The notes below the pieces were generated by a model. It made no database searches. It was not told the origin of the DNA and saw only the letters and a program-made list of their open reading frames with translations. Below, piece by piece: positions 38,506 through 47,751 of a stretch of 64,000 nt of DNA; positions within the stretch are counted from its first letter, which is position 1; each line of letters starts with the position of its first letter. Source of the DNA: an uncultured Kiritimatiellota bacterium. Its GTDB lineage: Bacteria; Verrucomicrobiota; Kiritimatiellia; RFP12; DVOR01. Where the stretch lies: contig CALXSH010000005.1 of the NCBI GenBank assembly GCA_944391065.1, positions 1,876 to 65,875 of the forward strand, written 5' to 3'. A program made the translations under genes and the position numbers.

Positions 38506-40842
38506 TCACGCTTTTGGCCGCCGGGGCAAACGACGGGACGCGACGCCCTGCGTCGGGTCCTCGGGCCAATCGTGCTTCGGATAGCGGCCGCGTAGATCCT
38601 TGCGGACGAGAGCGTAACCGTTGGCCCAAAAGCTGGCGAGGTCGGAGGTGACCTGGACGGGACGCTGGGCGGGGGAGAGGAGATGGAGCAGCAAGGGTAC
38701 CCGGCCCCGCGCCAGGCGGGGCGTGGCCTTCAGACCGAAGACTTCCTGAATGCGGACAGCGACGTAGGGCTGTTCGCCGTCGTAGCGGACGAGCATCTCC
38801 GAGCCGCTGGGGACCTTATAACGCTGGGGCGCCTCCGTGTCGACTTCGCGCATCGTGTGGCCGGAATCGGTGACGAGGCGACGCAGGACATCGGTGAGCG
38901 CCGTGCCGGGGGATTCGGCGAGGAGCTCGACGAGACGTTCGTCATCGGTTTCAGGCCAATGCTCCTCGGGGAGGGCGCGACGGAGAAAGGCGATGCGTTC
39001 GGCCAAGGCGCGGGCCCCATCGCTCCAGGGAAGGCCCTGGTGGCGGAGACGGCAGCGCTCGGCCAGGGCGCGGACCTCGGGCGGGATATCCTTCAGCGGA
39101 CGGCGGCGAAGAACGATGGCTCCGACGCATTCCTCCTCGGCAGCCACGAGGCGATCAGCCTGACGGTCCCAGGCAATGCGGGTGCGACGGGTGCGGGGGA
39201 GGAGCTCGGTATCGGATTCGGAGAGCGGCGCGGCCCAGCGGATGACGGCATCGCCGTCGCGGTCGGTCATGCGCACGGCCAAGAGCCATTCGGCATTGAT
39301 GAGCGGGGAGTCGGGAGGAAGGGTGACGCCAAAACCGGCCGCGGTCAGGTAACGTCCCGCCGCGCGGTCACGACGGACGGCCAGATGGCCGGGAAAGGCG
39401 TAGAGAAGGCAGGGGACAAGTTCGTCGACGGAGAGACGGGGACGGGCTTCGCCGCCGGCCCACCGGGCCGCGAGCTGCCAGATCTCGCGGGGACGTTCGC
39501 GCAGGACCCATTCAAGGACCTTGCGGAAATCCTGAAGGCTGCGGAGGGCGGCGATCTTTTCGCCTTCGCTGCAGACGGCAGCGAGGAGTGCACCGCCGGC
39601 GCGGTCGGTCTGCCGCATGCGCAGCATCATCGCCGCGAGGGGCGGATGGACGGGGAAGCGGACCATCGCCCGGCCGAGATCGGTAATCCGCAGGTCGGCG
39701 TCAATGGCGCCGAGCTCCTTCAGCGTCTCGAGCGCGCGGGTACGGGAAGAGGGCGGCGGCGGCGTGACCCAGGGAAGGTCATAGCTCCCCCACTCCGCGC
39801 AGACAAGGAAGGTCTGGGAGAGATCGGCGTCGAGGATCTCGGGCGAGGAGACCTGGGTGAAGGCGAGTTCCTCACGCGCCTCCCAAAGGCGGTAGCAGAC
39901 GCCTGGGCAGAGTCGTCCGGCACGGCCGGTGCGCTGCGTCACGCGGTCGAGGGGGATGCGGCGCGTTTCGAGGCGCGTGAGGCCGTTGCGCGGCGAGAAC
40001 CGCGGGACGCGCGCCAGGCCCGTATCGACGACGACGCGGATACCCTCGATGGTGAGGGCGCTCTCGGCGATGGAGGTCGCCAGGACGACCTTGCGTTCGC
40101 CGGGGGCGGGCGCGGCCACGGCCGCGTCCTGTTCACGGCGCTCGAGGGCCGCGTAGAGGGGGCAGATCCGGGTATTGGGCGGCAGGGGGCCTTCGCGGAG
40201 GGCCTCGGCGGCGGCACGGATCTCGGCCTCGCCGGGCAGGAAGCAAAGGACGGAGCCCTCGCATTCGCGCAGGGCCCGCTGAACGGCCGCAACGGGCGTG
40301 AGCGGGCCGACGTGGCGGAGTTCGACGGGATAGGCCACGGCCGGCACAGAGACGAAGGCGGCCTCGGGGATGACATTCTCCTGCACGGTGGCCGACATCA
40401 CCAGGAGGCGCAGGTCGGGACGGAGGCCGTCACGGACCTCGCGGGCCAGGGCAAAGCCCAGGTCGAGCATGAGGGAGCGTTCGTGGAACTCGTCGAAGAT
40501 GATAAGGCCGGTGTCGGCGAGCTCGGGATCGGCCAGGAGACGTTGGGTAAGGAGGCCCTCGGTGAGAAACTCAATGCGGGTGGAGGGACCGATGCAGCGT
40601 TCGAGACGGACCTGGAAACCGACGGTCTCCCCGACCCGTTCGCCCCGCTTCGCGGCCATGTAGACCGCAGCCCGGCGGGCGGCCAGGCGGCGGGGTTCGA
40701 GGACGAGAATCTTGCGGCCCTCCAGCCATGGGGCATCGAGGAGGGCCGTCGGGACGGCGGTGGTCTTACCGGTGCCGGGCGGCGCGGTGAGCACCGTCAG
40801 TCGGTTGGCCGCCAAGGCGGCTTCGAGGGCCGTGGTATCCAT
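38506..40842 (-). CDS. hrpB: ATP-dependent RNA helicase HrpB
   Basis: APPGTGKTT, EPRRLAAR, DEFHER, ATSIAESALTI, QRTGRAGR, YPKHDWP. Confidence 0.95.
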   Translation of the reverse strand: MDTTALEAALAANRLTVLTAPPGTGKTTAVPTALLDAPWLEGRKILVLEPRRLAARRAAVYMAAKRGERVGETVGFQVRLERCIGPSTRIEFLTEGLLTQRLLADPELADTGLIIFDEFHERSLMLDLGFALAREVRDGLRPDLRLLVMSATVQENVIPEAAFVSVPAVAYPVELRHVGPLTPVAAVQRALRECEGSVLCFLPGEAEIRAAAEALREGPLPPNTRICPLYAALERREQDAAVAAPAPGERKVVLATSIAESALTIEGIRVVVDTGLARVPRFSPRNGLTRLETRRIPLDRVTQRTGRAGRLCPGVCYRLWEAREELAFTQVSSPEILDADLSQTFLVCAEWGSYDLPWVTPPPPSSRTRALETLKELGAIDADLRITDLGRAMVRFPVHPPLAAMMLRMRQTDRAGGALLAAVCSEGEKIAALRSLQDFRKVLEWVLRERPREIWQLAARWAGGEARPRLSVDELVPCLLYAFPGHLAVRRDRAAGRYLTAAGFGVTLPPDSPLINAEWLLAVRMTDRDGDAVIRWAAPLSESDTELLPRTRRTRIAWDRQADRLVAAEEECVGAIVLRRRPLKDIPPEVRALAERCRLRHQGLPWSDGARALAERIAFLRRALPEEHWPETDDERLVELLAESPGTALTDVLRRLVTDSGHTMREVDTEAPQRYKVPSGSEMLVRYDGEQPYVAVRIQEVFGLKATPRLARGRVPLLLHLLSPAQRPVQVTSDLASFWANGYALVRKDLRGRYPKHDWPEDPTQGVASRRLPRRPKA

Positions 40843-40855
40843 CGGGTGGCAGGTC

Positions 40856-41794
40856 TCAGAGCCCGATGCGTTCGCGTACCGCCGCCATGACCGGCGCGGG
40901 ATCGACCTTGCGCGTGGCGTGGCCGAGGGTGCCGTCAAAGCGATGGGCGTAACCCGCCTCGCAGAGGCCGTCGACGAAACGGCCGAACTTGCCGGCCTTG
41001 GCGCTGAGGTTGTCGAGCACCTCGACGGCCGAGGTCCCGATGGCGACGGCCTCGCTGAGCATGCCGGTCGAATCGGCCGTGACGAAGAGCGTCTCGCAGG
41101 AGGTCACGAAGGCCGGGATGGGATTAAAGCGTTCGCGAGAGAAGATGAGCCTGTAGTCGAAGGGGAAGCTGTCGACGACAGCCTCGGCTTCGGGCGAAGT
41201 GCGACGGGAGGTGGTCACCCAATGTTCGCAGTCAGGGGTGGCGTCAAAGATCCTCCGCAGCTGATCCCCAAGCCATCCGGGCGTCACGTCGGCGATGGCA
41301 TTGCGCCCGCCGACGATGACCGCGACGGCACGCGGCTTGGTCTGCGTGTAACGTTCGCGGAAGGCCTTGGTCTGCTCCACGTAGAAGTCCGGACGGGCCG
41401 GCGTGAGATTGGTCGGCATGCGGATGACGTTGGGCAGGTCGGGGGGCGTGTCAAAGACGGGAGCCAGGACGGCGTCGAACCCGCCGAACCGGTAACCGCC
41501 TGGCGTCAGGACCGCGACGCAGGGCACGCCGAGGGCGCGCTTGAGGACCTTCAGGGTATAGAACGTATTGGAACCCGCGCCGATCAGGAGGGAGGGACGA
41601 TCCTCCGGCAGCGGCACGCCGGTCAGATTGGGGCGGATGCCGAGGCGGTCGAGGAGATAGGAGAGCGTCTTGCACGCCTTGGACGGGAAGACGCAGGGGA
41701 CGATCCGAAACGAAAGTCCAAGGCCCTCCGCGAGAGCCTTGGACTGGTTTTCGTGTCCCGGCTTGCCGTCCGACAGGATCAGGGCATAGGACAT
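40856..41794 (-). CDS. ELM1/GtrOC1 family putative glycosyltransferase-like protein
   Basis: LSDGKPGHENQS, TSRRT, VTADSTGMLSEA. Confidence 0.85.
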   Translation of the reverse strand: MSYALILSDGKPGHENQSKALAEGLGLSFRIVPCVFPSKACKTLSYLLDRLGIRPNLTGVPLPEDRPSLLIGAGSNTFYTLKVLKRALGVPCVAVLTPGGYRFGGFDAVLAPVFDTPPDLPNVIRMPTNLTPARPDFYVEQTKAFRERYTQTKPRAVAVIVGGRNAIADVTPGWLGDQLRRIFDATPDCEHWVTTSRRTSPEAEAVVDSFPFDYRLIFSRERFNPIPAFVTSCETLFVTADSTGMLSEAVAIGTSAVEVLDNLSAKAGKFGRFVDGLCEAGYAHRFDGTLGHATRKVDPAPVMAAVRERIGL

Positions 41795-41806
41795 GACGCT
41801 GCGGCC

Positions 41807-42787
41807 TTATTTGGCGAAGCGGCCCATCGCGGCGAACTTCGCGTAACGGCGCTCGAGGAGCTCCTCAATCGGGATATCCTTGAGAGCGCGGAGCTCTTCG
41901 AGGACGGCCTTTCTGACGGTCTCGATGGTCTTCTTCGGGTCCTTGTGGGCGCCCCCCTTGGGTTCGGGGACGACGCGGTCGACGACACCGAGGCTGAGGA
42001 GGGCGTCGGAGGTGACCTTGAGGGCCTGGGCGGCGACGGGCGCGTAGGCGCCGTCACGCCAGAGGATCGAGGCGCAGCCTTCGGGAGAGATCACGGAGTA
42101 GATGGCATGCTCGAGCATGAGGATGCGATCGCCGACGGCGATGCCGAGCGCGCCGCCCGAACCGCCTTCGCCGGTGATGACGACGACGATCGGCGTCTTC
42201 AGCACGGACATATCGGCGAGATTCTTCGCGATGGCCTCGGCCTGGCCGCGGGCTTCGGCGTCAAGACCGGGGAAAGCACCCGACGTATCGATGAGGGCAA
42301 TGACGGGCAGGCGGAACTTCTCGGCCAGGCGCATGATACGCATCGCCTTGCGGTAGCCGTCGGGATTGGCCATGCCGAAGCGGTTGGCGATCTTCTCCTC
42401 GGTCGTGCGGCCCTTGCGGTGGCCGACGATGACGACGCGCTCGCCGTCGATTTCGGCGATACCGGCGAACATGGCCGGATCGTCGGCGACCAGACGGTCA
42501 CCGTGGAGTTCGATGGCGTCGGGGCACCAGGCGTTGAGATAATCGGTGAAGAGGGGACGATCGGGGTGACGGGCGATCTTGACGGTCTCCCAGGTCGGAT
42601 TGGAGGGAATCAGCTTCGGGGCGCCGGCTTCGGCAGCGGGCGCGGGCTCAGCCTTGGGGGCCGGGGCCGCCTTGGCGGCAGGCTTCTTCGCGGGCGCCTT
42701 CTTGGCGGGGACCTTGGCAGCAGGCTTCTTGGCAGGGGTCTTCTTCGCGGCGGGCTTCTTCGTAGCGGCGGGCTTCTTCGTAGCCAT
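41807..42787 (-). CDS. accA: Acetyl-CoA carboxylase carboxyltransferase alpha, with a Lys/Ala/Pro-rich N-tail
   Basis: ARHPDRP, LHGDR..DD, EGYRKA-like DGYRKA, GEGGSGGA, YSVISPEGCA. Confidence 0.96.
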   Translation of the reverse strand: MATKKPAATKKPAAKKTPAKKPAAKVPAKKAPAKKPAAKAAPAPKAEPAPAAEAGAPKLIPSNPTWETVKIARHPDRPLFTDYLNAWCPDAIELHGDRLVADDPAMFAGIAEIDGERVVIVGHRKGRTTEEKIANRFGMANPDGYRKAMRIMRLAEKFRLPVIALIDTSGAFPGLDAEARGQAEAIAKNLADMSVLKTPIVVVITGEGGSGGALGIAVGDRILMLEHAIYSVISPEGCASILWRDGAYAPVAAQALKVTSDALLSLGVVDRVVPEPKGGAHKDPKKTIETVRKAVLEELRALKDIPIEELLERRYAKFAAMGRFAK

Positions 42788-42798
42788 GGCAGTCTCCT

Positions 42799-43635
42799 TT
42801 ACTTGGCAGCCGTCAGCAGACGGATGGTCTTGGCCAGGAAGGCCTTGAGGTCCTTGCGGGCAACGATCTTGTCGAGGAAGCCGTGCTCGAGGAGATATTC
42901 GGAGGTCTGGAATTCCGGCGGAAGCTTCTGCTTAATCGTCGTTTCGATCACGCGGCGGCCGGCAAACCCGATGAGGGTCTTGGGTTCGGCGATGTTGAGG
43001 TCGCCGACCATGGCGTAGGAGGCCGAGACGCCGCCCGTGGTCGGGTCGGTCATCACGGAGATGTAGAGGAGGCCTTCGTCACGCAGACGCTGAATGGCCG
43101 CGCAGGTCTTGGCCATCTGCATGAGGGAGATGATGCCTTCCTGCATGCGGGCGCCGCCGGAAGCGGTGCAGAGGATGAGCGGGCAGCGGGCCTTGCGGGC
43201 GGCCTCGGCGGCCTGCAGGATGCGTTCGCCGGTGCCGGAACCAAGGGAGCCGCCCATGAAGGCAAAATCCATGGCGCCGAGGACGACGGGGATGGAATCG
43301 AGGGTGGCGTGACCGACGACGACGGATTCGCCGATCTTGGTCTTCTCGCGGGCCGCGGTGACCTTGGCGACGTAGGAGCCGGAGGCGTCCTCGAACTTCA
43401 GGGGATCGTGGGCAATGACGTCGGCAGCAATTTCACGGAAGGACCCTTCGTCCGCCAGCTGGGCGATGCGCTCACGCGCGGAGAGGCGGCCATTGTAGCC
43501 ACAGTGGGGGCAGACCTTGTGCGCGGCGATGTACTCGTCGCGGGGGATGTAGGCCTTGCACTTCTTGCAGATGCACCAGATTGCTTCCGCGGGCACGCGC
43601 AGCGGCGCTTCGGGCGCCTTCGTAAACCAAGCCAT
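42799..43635 (-). CDS. accD: Acetyl-CoA carboxylase carboxyltransferase beta
   Basis: CxxC..CxxC zinc finger, FMGGSLG, SGGARMQEG, GFAGRRVIE. Confidence 0.96.
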   Translation of the reverse strand: MAWFTKAPEAPLRVPAEAIWCICKKCKAYIPRDEYIAAHKVCPHCGYNGRLSARERIAQLADEGSFREIAADVIAHDPLKFEDASGSYVAKVTAAREKTKIGESVVVGHATLDSIPVVLGAMDFAFMGGSLGSGTGERILQAAEAARKARCPLILCTASGGARMQEGIISLMQMAKTCAAIQRLRDEGLLYISVMTDPTTGGVSASYAMVGDLNIAEPKTLIGFAGRRVIETTIKQKLPPEFQTSEYLLEHGFLDKIVARKDLKAFLAKTIRLLTAAK

Positions 43636-43736
43636 AATCAGACTCCTTTCGGGGATATTGGATACGCGCTCAATCTATCAAAGCAGGGCCTGCCCTTGCA
43701 AGCCCGCCCCCTTCGCAGATATCCTCCGGGGCACAG

Positions 43737-43769
43737 AAAAGGGAGACGTCCCGGCGAGGGGCGTCTCCC
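43737..43769 (-). terminator. Intrinsic terminator after rplI
   Basis: GGGAGACGTCCC/GGGGCGTCTCCC stem with TTTT on the - strand. Confidence 0.7.
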
Positions 43770-43802
43770 GATTCGGATGACCGGCGGAGCCGGCAGGATC
43801 CG

Positions 43803-44261
43803 TTATTCCGCGACGACGGCAACGGTGATGTCGGCCGTGACGTCAGGCATGAGGGCGATCGTGACGGCGGTCTCGCCGACGGTCTTGATCGGCTCTTCGA
43901 GGCGGACCATGGCGGGCGCCACGGCGGTGCCCTGGGCTTCGAGGGCCGCGGCGATGTCGGCCGCGGAGACAGAGCCGTAGAGCTTGCCTTCTTCGTCGCC
44001 TTCGACGGCCTTGGCGGCGATCGTGAGGGTGATGCCCTTGATCTTGGAGGCCTTTTCGGTGGCTTCGGCGCGGCGGATGCGCATGAGCTCCTCGCGCTGC
44101 TTGCGGAGCTTCTCGAGCTTGCGGAGAGCGTTCTTCGTCAGGGGCTCGGCGAGGCCGCGGGGCAGGAGGTAATTGCGGGCATAGCCGTCACGGACGTGCA
44201 CGGTGTCACCCATCTTGCCGAGATGCTCGACATCATCCATCAGGATAACTTCAACGGACAT
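43803..44261 (-). CDS. rplI: 50S ribosomal protein L9
   Basis: VRDGYARNYLLP, KLYGSV. Confidence 0.97.
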   Translation of the reverse strand: MSVEVILMDDVEHLGKMGDTVHVRDGYARNYLLPRGLAEPLTKNALRKLEKLRKQREELMRIRRAEATEKASKIKGITLTIAAKAVEGDEEGKLYGSVSAADIAAALEAQGTAVAPAMVRLEEPIKTVGETAVTIALMPDVTADITVAVVAE

Positions 44262-44283
44262 GGTGTCTTTCCTTTCGGTTCAA

Positions 44284-44526
44284 TTAGGCGAGCAGGCCCA
44301 TGTTGCGGGCGCGGCGGATGCCCTTCTTGATGTGACGCTGCTGAAGGGCGGTGACGCCGGTCACGCGGGCGGGGATGATTTTGCCGTATTCGGTGACGAA
44401 GCGGCGGAGGAATTCGACGTCATTGATGTCGACGAGTTCCGAGGGCTCCATGGCGGCCTGACGCTTGCGGGGCACCAGATCATTCTTCGGCTTACGGGAA
44501 CCGGGGCGTTTGGGTTTGATAGGCAT
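44284..44526 (-). CDS. rpsR: 30S ribosomal protein S18
   Basis: FVTEYGKIIPARVTG, QR..I.RAR.MGLL. Confidence 0.95.
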   Translation of the reverse strand: MPIKPKRPGSRKPKNDLVPRKRQAAMEPSELVDINDVEFLRRFVTEYGKIIPARVTGVTALQQRHIKKGIRRARNMGLLA

Positions 44527-44566
44527 GGCAATGCTTCCTTAGCGTTTAGAGTGATTGTGGGAGGAA

Positions 44567-45055
44567 TCAGAAGGGGAGGTCCTCAACGTCGGAACCGTCG
44601 TGCGGCGGGGGCACGGACGGCGCCGCGTGATGCTGCGACGGCGACAGGGGCCCGGCGACATACTGCGGGGGCGGCATAGGCATGCCCGTGGCGATGTCGC
44701 GGCGCTGCGCGATGTTGACGGAGTAGAGGAACTGGACACGGTCGGCGCGGACGCGCAGGCGGCTGCGCTTCTGACCGGTGGCGCGGTCTTCCCAAGTGTC
44801 GAGGACGAGACGGCCCTCGACAAAGATCGGGCGGCCCTTGGTCAGGTACTGACCGCAGTTCTCCGCGACCTTACCCCAGACCGTCACGTCGACGTAAGTC
44901 ACGACTTCACGGACTTCGTTCGTGGTGCGCGAGCGAAACTGCTCACTGACCGCGAGGCCGAGTTCGGCGACGGTTTCGCCGCTGGGAATCTGACGGACCT
45001 CGGGGTCACGGGTCAGGTTACCCATGAGAAAGACTTTGTTGAGCGTGGCGGCCAT
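44567..45055 (-). CDS. ssb: Single-stranded DNA-binding protein
   Basis: LNKVFLMGNLTRDPE, VEGRL, C-terminal DLPF. Confidence 0.97.
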   Translation of the reverse strand: MAATLNKVFLMGNLTRDPEVRQIPSGETVAELGLAVSEQFRSRTTNEVREVVTYVDVTVWGKVAENCGQYLTKGRPIFVEGRLVLDTWEDRATGQKRSRLRVRADRVQFLYSVNIAQRRDIATGMPMPPPQYVAGPLSPSQHHAAPSVPPPHDGSDVEDLPF

Positions 45056-45080
45056 CGGATGTCTCCCGGGTTAAACGGAA

Positions 45081-45452
45081 TCAGGCCTCTGCGGAAGCAG
45101 CGGCTTCGGCGGCCTCGCGGCGGGCCTGCCTCTCGGCGGCCTGCTTGGCGAGCTTGAGCTCGACGATGGGATCGATCGCGATGATCTGCACGCGGAAGAT
45201 CTCTTCGAGGAGGGCGTAACGGGCGCGGAGCTCGTTCACCTTGGACGAATCCAGTTCGAAGCGGATCGTGAGATAGGTGCCGCTTTCTTTCTTCTGCTGG
45301 ATGCGGGCGAAGGTCTTCTTGCCGTGGTCGGTGGTGTCCAGGACCTTGCCGCCGATGCGGGTGATCTCACCCTGCATGCGTTCGATGGTTTTCGCCCAGG
45401 CCTCGTCGCGGGAGGTCTGCACGAAGATAAAGGTAGCGTCGTACTTCTTCAT
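45081..45452 (-). CDS. rpsF: 30S ribosomal protein S6
   Basis: MKKYDATFI..G.K.FARIQQK..G.Y; canonical rpsF-ssb-rpsR-rplI order. Confidence 0.9.
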   Translation of the reverse strand: MKKYDATFIFVQTSRDEAWAKTIERMQGEITRIGGKVLDTTDHGKKTFARIQQKKESGTYLTIRFELDSSKVNELRARYALLEEIFRVQIIAIDPIVELKLAKQAAERQARREAAEAAASAEA

Positions 45453-45467
45453 TGAAATGTTTCCTAA

Positions 45468-46049
45468 CTAATCGTTTGACTGGGCCGCATTGTAGCGGTT
45501 CTGGGCCTCACTGACCCCGGAATCGAGGCAGCAAAGGGCGGCGTCGGCACCAAGGGCCGCGGTCTTGGCGGCCGTTTCGGCCTCCTCGGGCGAGAATCGG
45601 TGGAGCACGAAGTCCACCATCGCCTGCCGCGGTTCCTGCGCGCGTCCCACACCCAGACGGATCCGGGCGAAGACCTGCGTGCCGAGGGCTTCGATGATGC
45701 TCCTGAGACCGTTGTGCCCGCCGGCGGAGCCGGAGGGGCGGACGCGGATTCTCCCGGGGGGGAGATCGGCGTCGTCGCTCAGGACGATCACATCGGCGCC
45801 CGTGGCGCCGTAGTACTTGAGGAAGGGCCCTACCGATTCGCCGGAGCGGTTCATGTAGGTCTGTGGCTTCATGAGCCACAGGGTCTGCCCCTTCCGGAGC
45901 ACTTTGGCCACGAGGGCCTGAAACTTTCTGTCGGCCTTCCACTCGGCCCCGAGTCTGTCGGCGAGACTGTCGACGGCCATGAAGCCGAGGTTATGGGGGG
46001 TCCTGGCGTACTGTTCGCCCGGGTTGCCCAATCCGACGATGAGTTTCAT
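45468..46049 (-). CDS. pth: Peptidyl-tRNA hydrolase
   Basis: LIVGLGNPG, HNLGF, KPQTYMNRSG, GGHNGLRS. Confidence 0.97.
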   Translation of the reverse strand: MKLIVGLGNPGEQYARTPHNLGFMAVDSLADRLGAEWKADRKFQALVAKVLRKGQTLWLMKPQTYMNRSGESVGPFLKYYGATGADVIVLSDDADLPPGRIRVRPSGSAGGHNGLRSIIEALGTQVFARIRLGVGRAQEPRQAMVDFVLHRFSPEEAETAAKTAALGADAALCCLDSGVSEAQNRYNAAQSND

Positions 46050-46101
46050 CTGTCCCCGTTGCCTGCCGGCCCGTTCGCGTCAAGCGAGGCCGGTCTCAGG
46101 A

Positions 46102-46746
46102 TTACTTGTCGGCTTCGGCGGCCGGTTTGGCACCGATCACCTCGGGTTCGGCGGCAGCGTCCGTGGCGGGCGCGGCGACTTCGATTTCCTCGTCGGCGGC
46201 CACGCAGGAGACGATGACCGTATTCTTGTGGGTGGCGACGTGATACTTGCTGCCGAGGTTGAGATCGGCGGCGGTGAGCTTGTCGCCGACGCGGAGCGCG
46301 GAAACATCGACGTCGAAGGATTCGACGATGTCGGTCGGCAGGCAGTCGACGTGAATGGCGTGGACATCCTGTTCGAGGACGCCGCCCTGGTTCTTCACGC
46401 CGTCAGGGGTGCCGACGAAGTTGAGGGCGATTTCGACGCGGACGGTGCTGGTCATGCTGACTTCGCCGAAGTCGACATGGGTGGGGGCGCCGGTGATGAC
46501 GTCGTGCTGCACTTCGCGGAGAAGGGCCGTGACGTGGCTGTCACCGAGGTTGAGCCCGACCAGGAGCTGATCGCCGTGATGGCTGCGCATGGTCATCATG
46601 TACTCATGGGCATCGATCGCGATCAGCGTCGTTTCACCCGACATGCGCTTGATGACGCCGGGGATCTTCCCCGCGCGGCGCAGGCGGCCGGCGGCCTTGG
46701 AGCCCTGCTCGGTACGAACGGAGGCGTTGAGTGTAATCTCGTTCAT
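46102..46746 (-). CDS. rplY: 50S ribosomal protein L25/CTC
   Basis: RLRRAGKIPGV, HVDF, GVKNQGGVL. Confidence 0.93.
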   Translation of the reverse strand: MNEITLNASVRTEQGSKAAGRLRRAGKIPGVIKRMSGETTLIAIDAHEYMMTMRSHHGDQLLVGLNLGDSHVTALLREVQHDVITGAPTHVDFGEVSMTSTVRVEIALNFVGTPDGVKNQGGVLEQDVHAIHVDCLPTDIVESFDVDVSALRVGDKLTAADLNLGSKYHVATHKNTVIVSCVAADEEIEVAAPATDAAAEPEVIGAKPAAEADK

Positions 46747-46787
46747 TTGGATTGTGTTCCTTGGTTGTGGAAACGTCCGCGCTCCCC

Positions 46788-47729
46788 TTACGACAGGCGG
46801 AAGAGGGAGGAGACGGACTGGTTGTTATGGATGCGCTGGATCGCCTCGGCCAGCAACGGCGCCACGGAGAGCACCTTGATCGGCAGATCCGTTTCCGCGA
46901 GGGGAATGGAGTCCGTCGTAATGAGCTCTTCGATGAGGCCCTTGTTGGCACGCAGACGGTCGATGCCGACCTGCGTGAGGGGGATATGGGAGACGACCGC
47001 GCGGACACTCCTGGCGCCATGCGACTTCAGCAACTTCGCCGCCGCGCAGAGCGTCCCGCAGGTCGTGGTCATATCATCCACCAGGATCACGTCGCAGCCT
47101 TCAACGTCGCCAACGACGCTGAACGCATCCACTTCCGTGGCACCCAGACGCTGCTTCGCCACGATCGCCAGGCCCGTGCCCAGCATCTGCGAATAAGCGT
47201 AAGCCGTCTTGACCCCGCCGGTATCGGGTGAAACGACAAGCGGCTTATCGAGCTTCATATCGCGCAGGTACTTCACCATAACCGGCGCGGCGTGAAGGTG
47301 ATCCACGGGAATATCAAAAAATCCCTGAATCTGCTGTGCGTGCAGATCCATCGTCAGGACGCGGTTGGCCCCCGCAGCTACGAGGAGGTTCGCGACCAAT
47401 TTCGCCGTGATCGGCACGCGCGGCTGGTCCTTGCGGTCCTGGCGCGCATAACCGTAATACGGCAGCACAGCGGTGATCCGATCGGCGGAGCCACGGCGGG
47501 CCGTGTCGATCATGATCAGCAGTTCCATGAGCATTTCGTTGGGTCTCGTGCAGATCGGCTGCACCAGGAAGAGGTCCGCGCCGCGAACGTTGTCGCTATA
47601 CTTGCAGAAGGTCTCCCCGTCGGGAAAATGACGGATATCGATCGCGCCGAGCGTCGTTCCCATGCACGCCGCGATCTTCTCGGCCAGCGGCCGGTTCGCG
47701 GTACCCGAAAACACCTGTAGGTTTTCCAT
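46788..47729 (-). CDS. prs: Ribose-phosphate pyrophosphokinase
   Basis: FPDGET, PYYGYARQDRK, DLHAQQIQGFF, SPDTGG, LVDDM. Confidence 0.97.
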   Translation of the reverse strand: MENLQVFSGTANRPLAEKIAACMGTTLGAIDIRHFPDGETFCKYSDNVRGADLFLVQPICTRPNEMLMELLIMIDTARRGSADRITAVLPYYGYARQDRKDQPRVPITAKLVANLLVAAGANRVLTMDLHAQQIQGFFDIPVDHLHAAPVMVKYLRDMKLDKPLVVSPDTGGVKTAYAYSQMLGTGLAIVAKQRLGATEVDAFSVVGDVEGCDVILVDDMTTTCGTLCAAAKLLKSHGARSVRAVVSHIPLTQVGIDRLRANKGLIEELITTDSIPLAETDLPIKVLSVAPLLAEAIQRIHNNQSVSSLFRLS

Positions 47730-47751
47730 TGTGTTCCTTCCCTGTCTGTCT

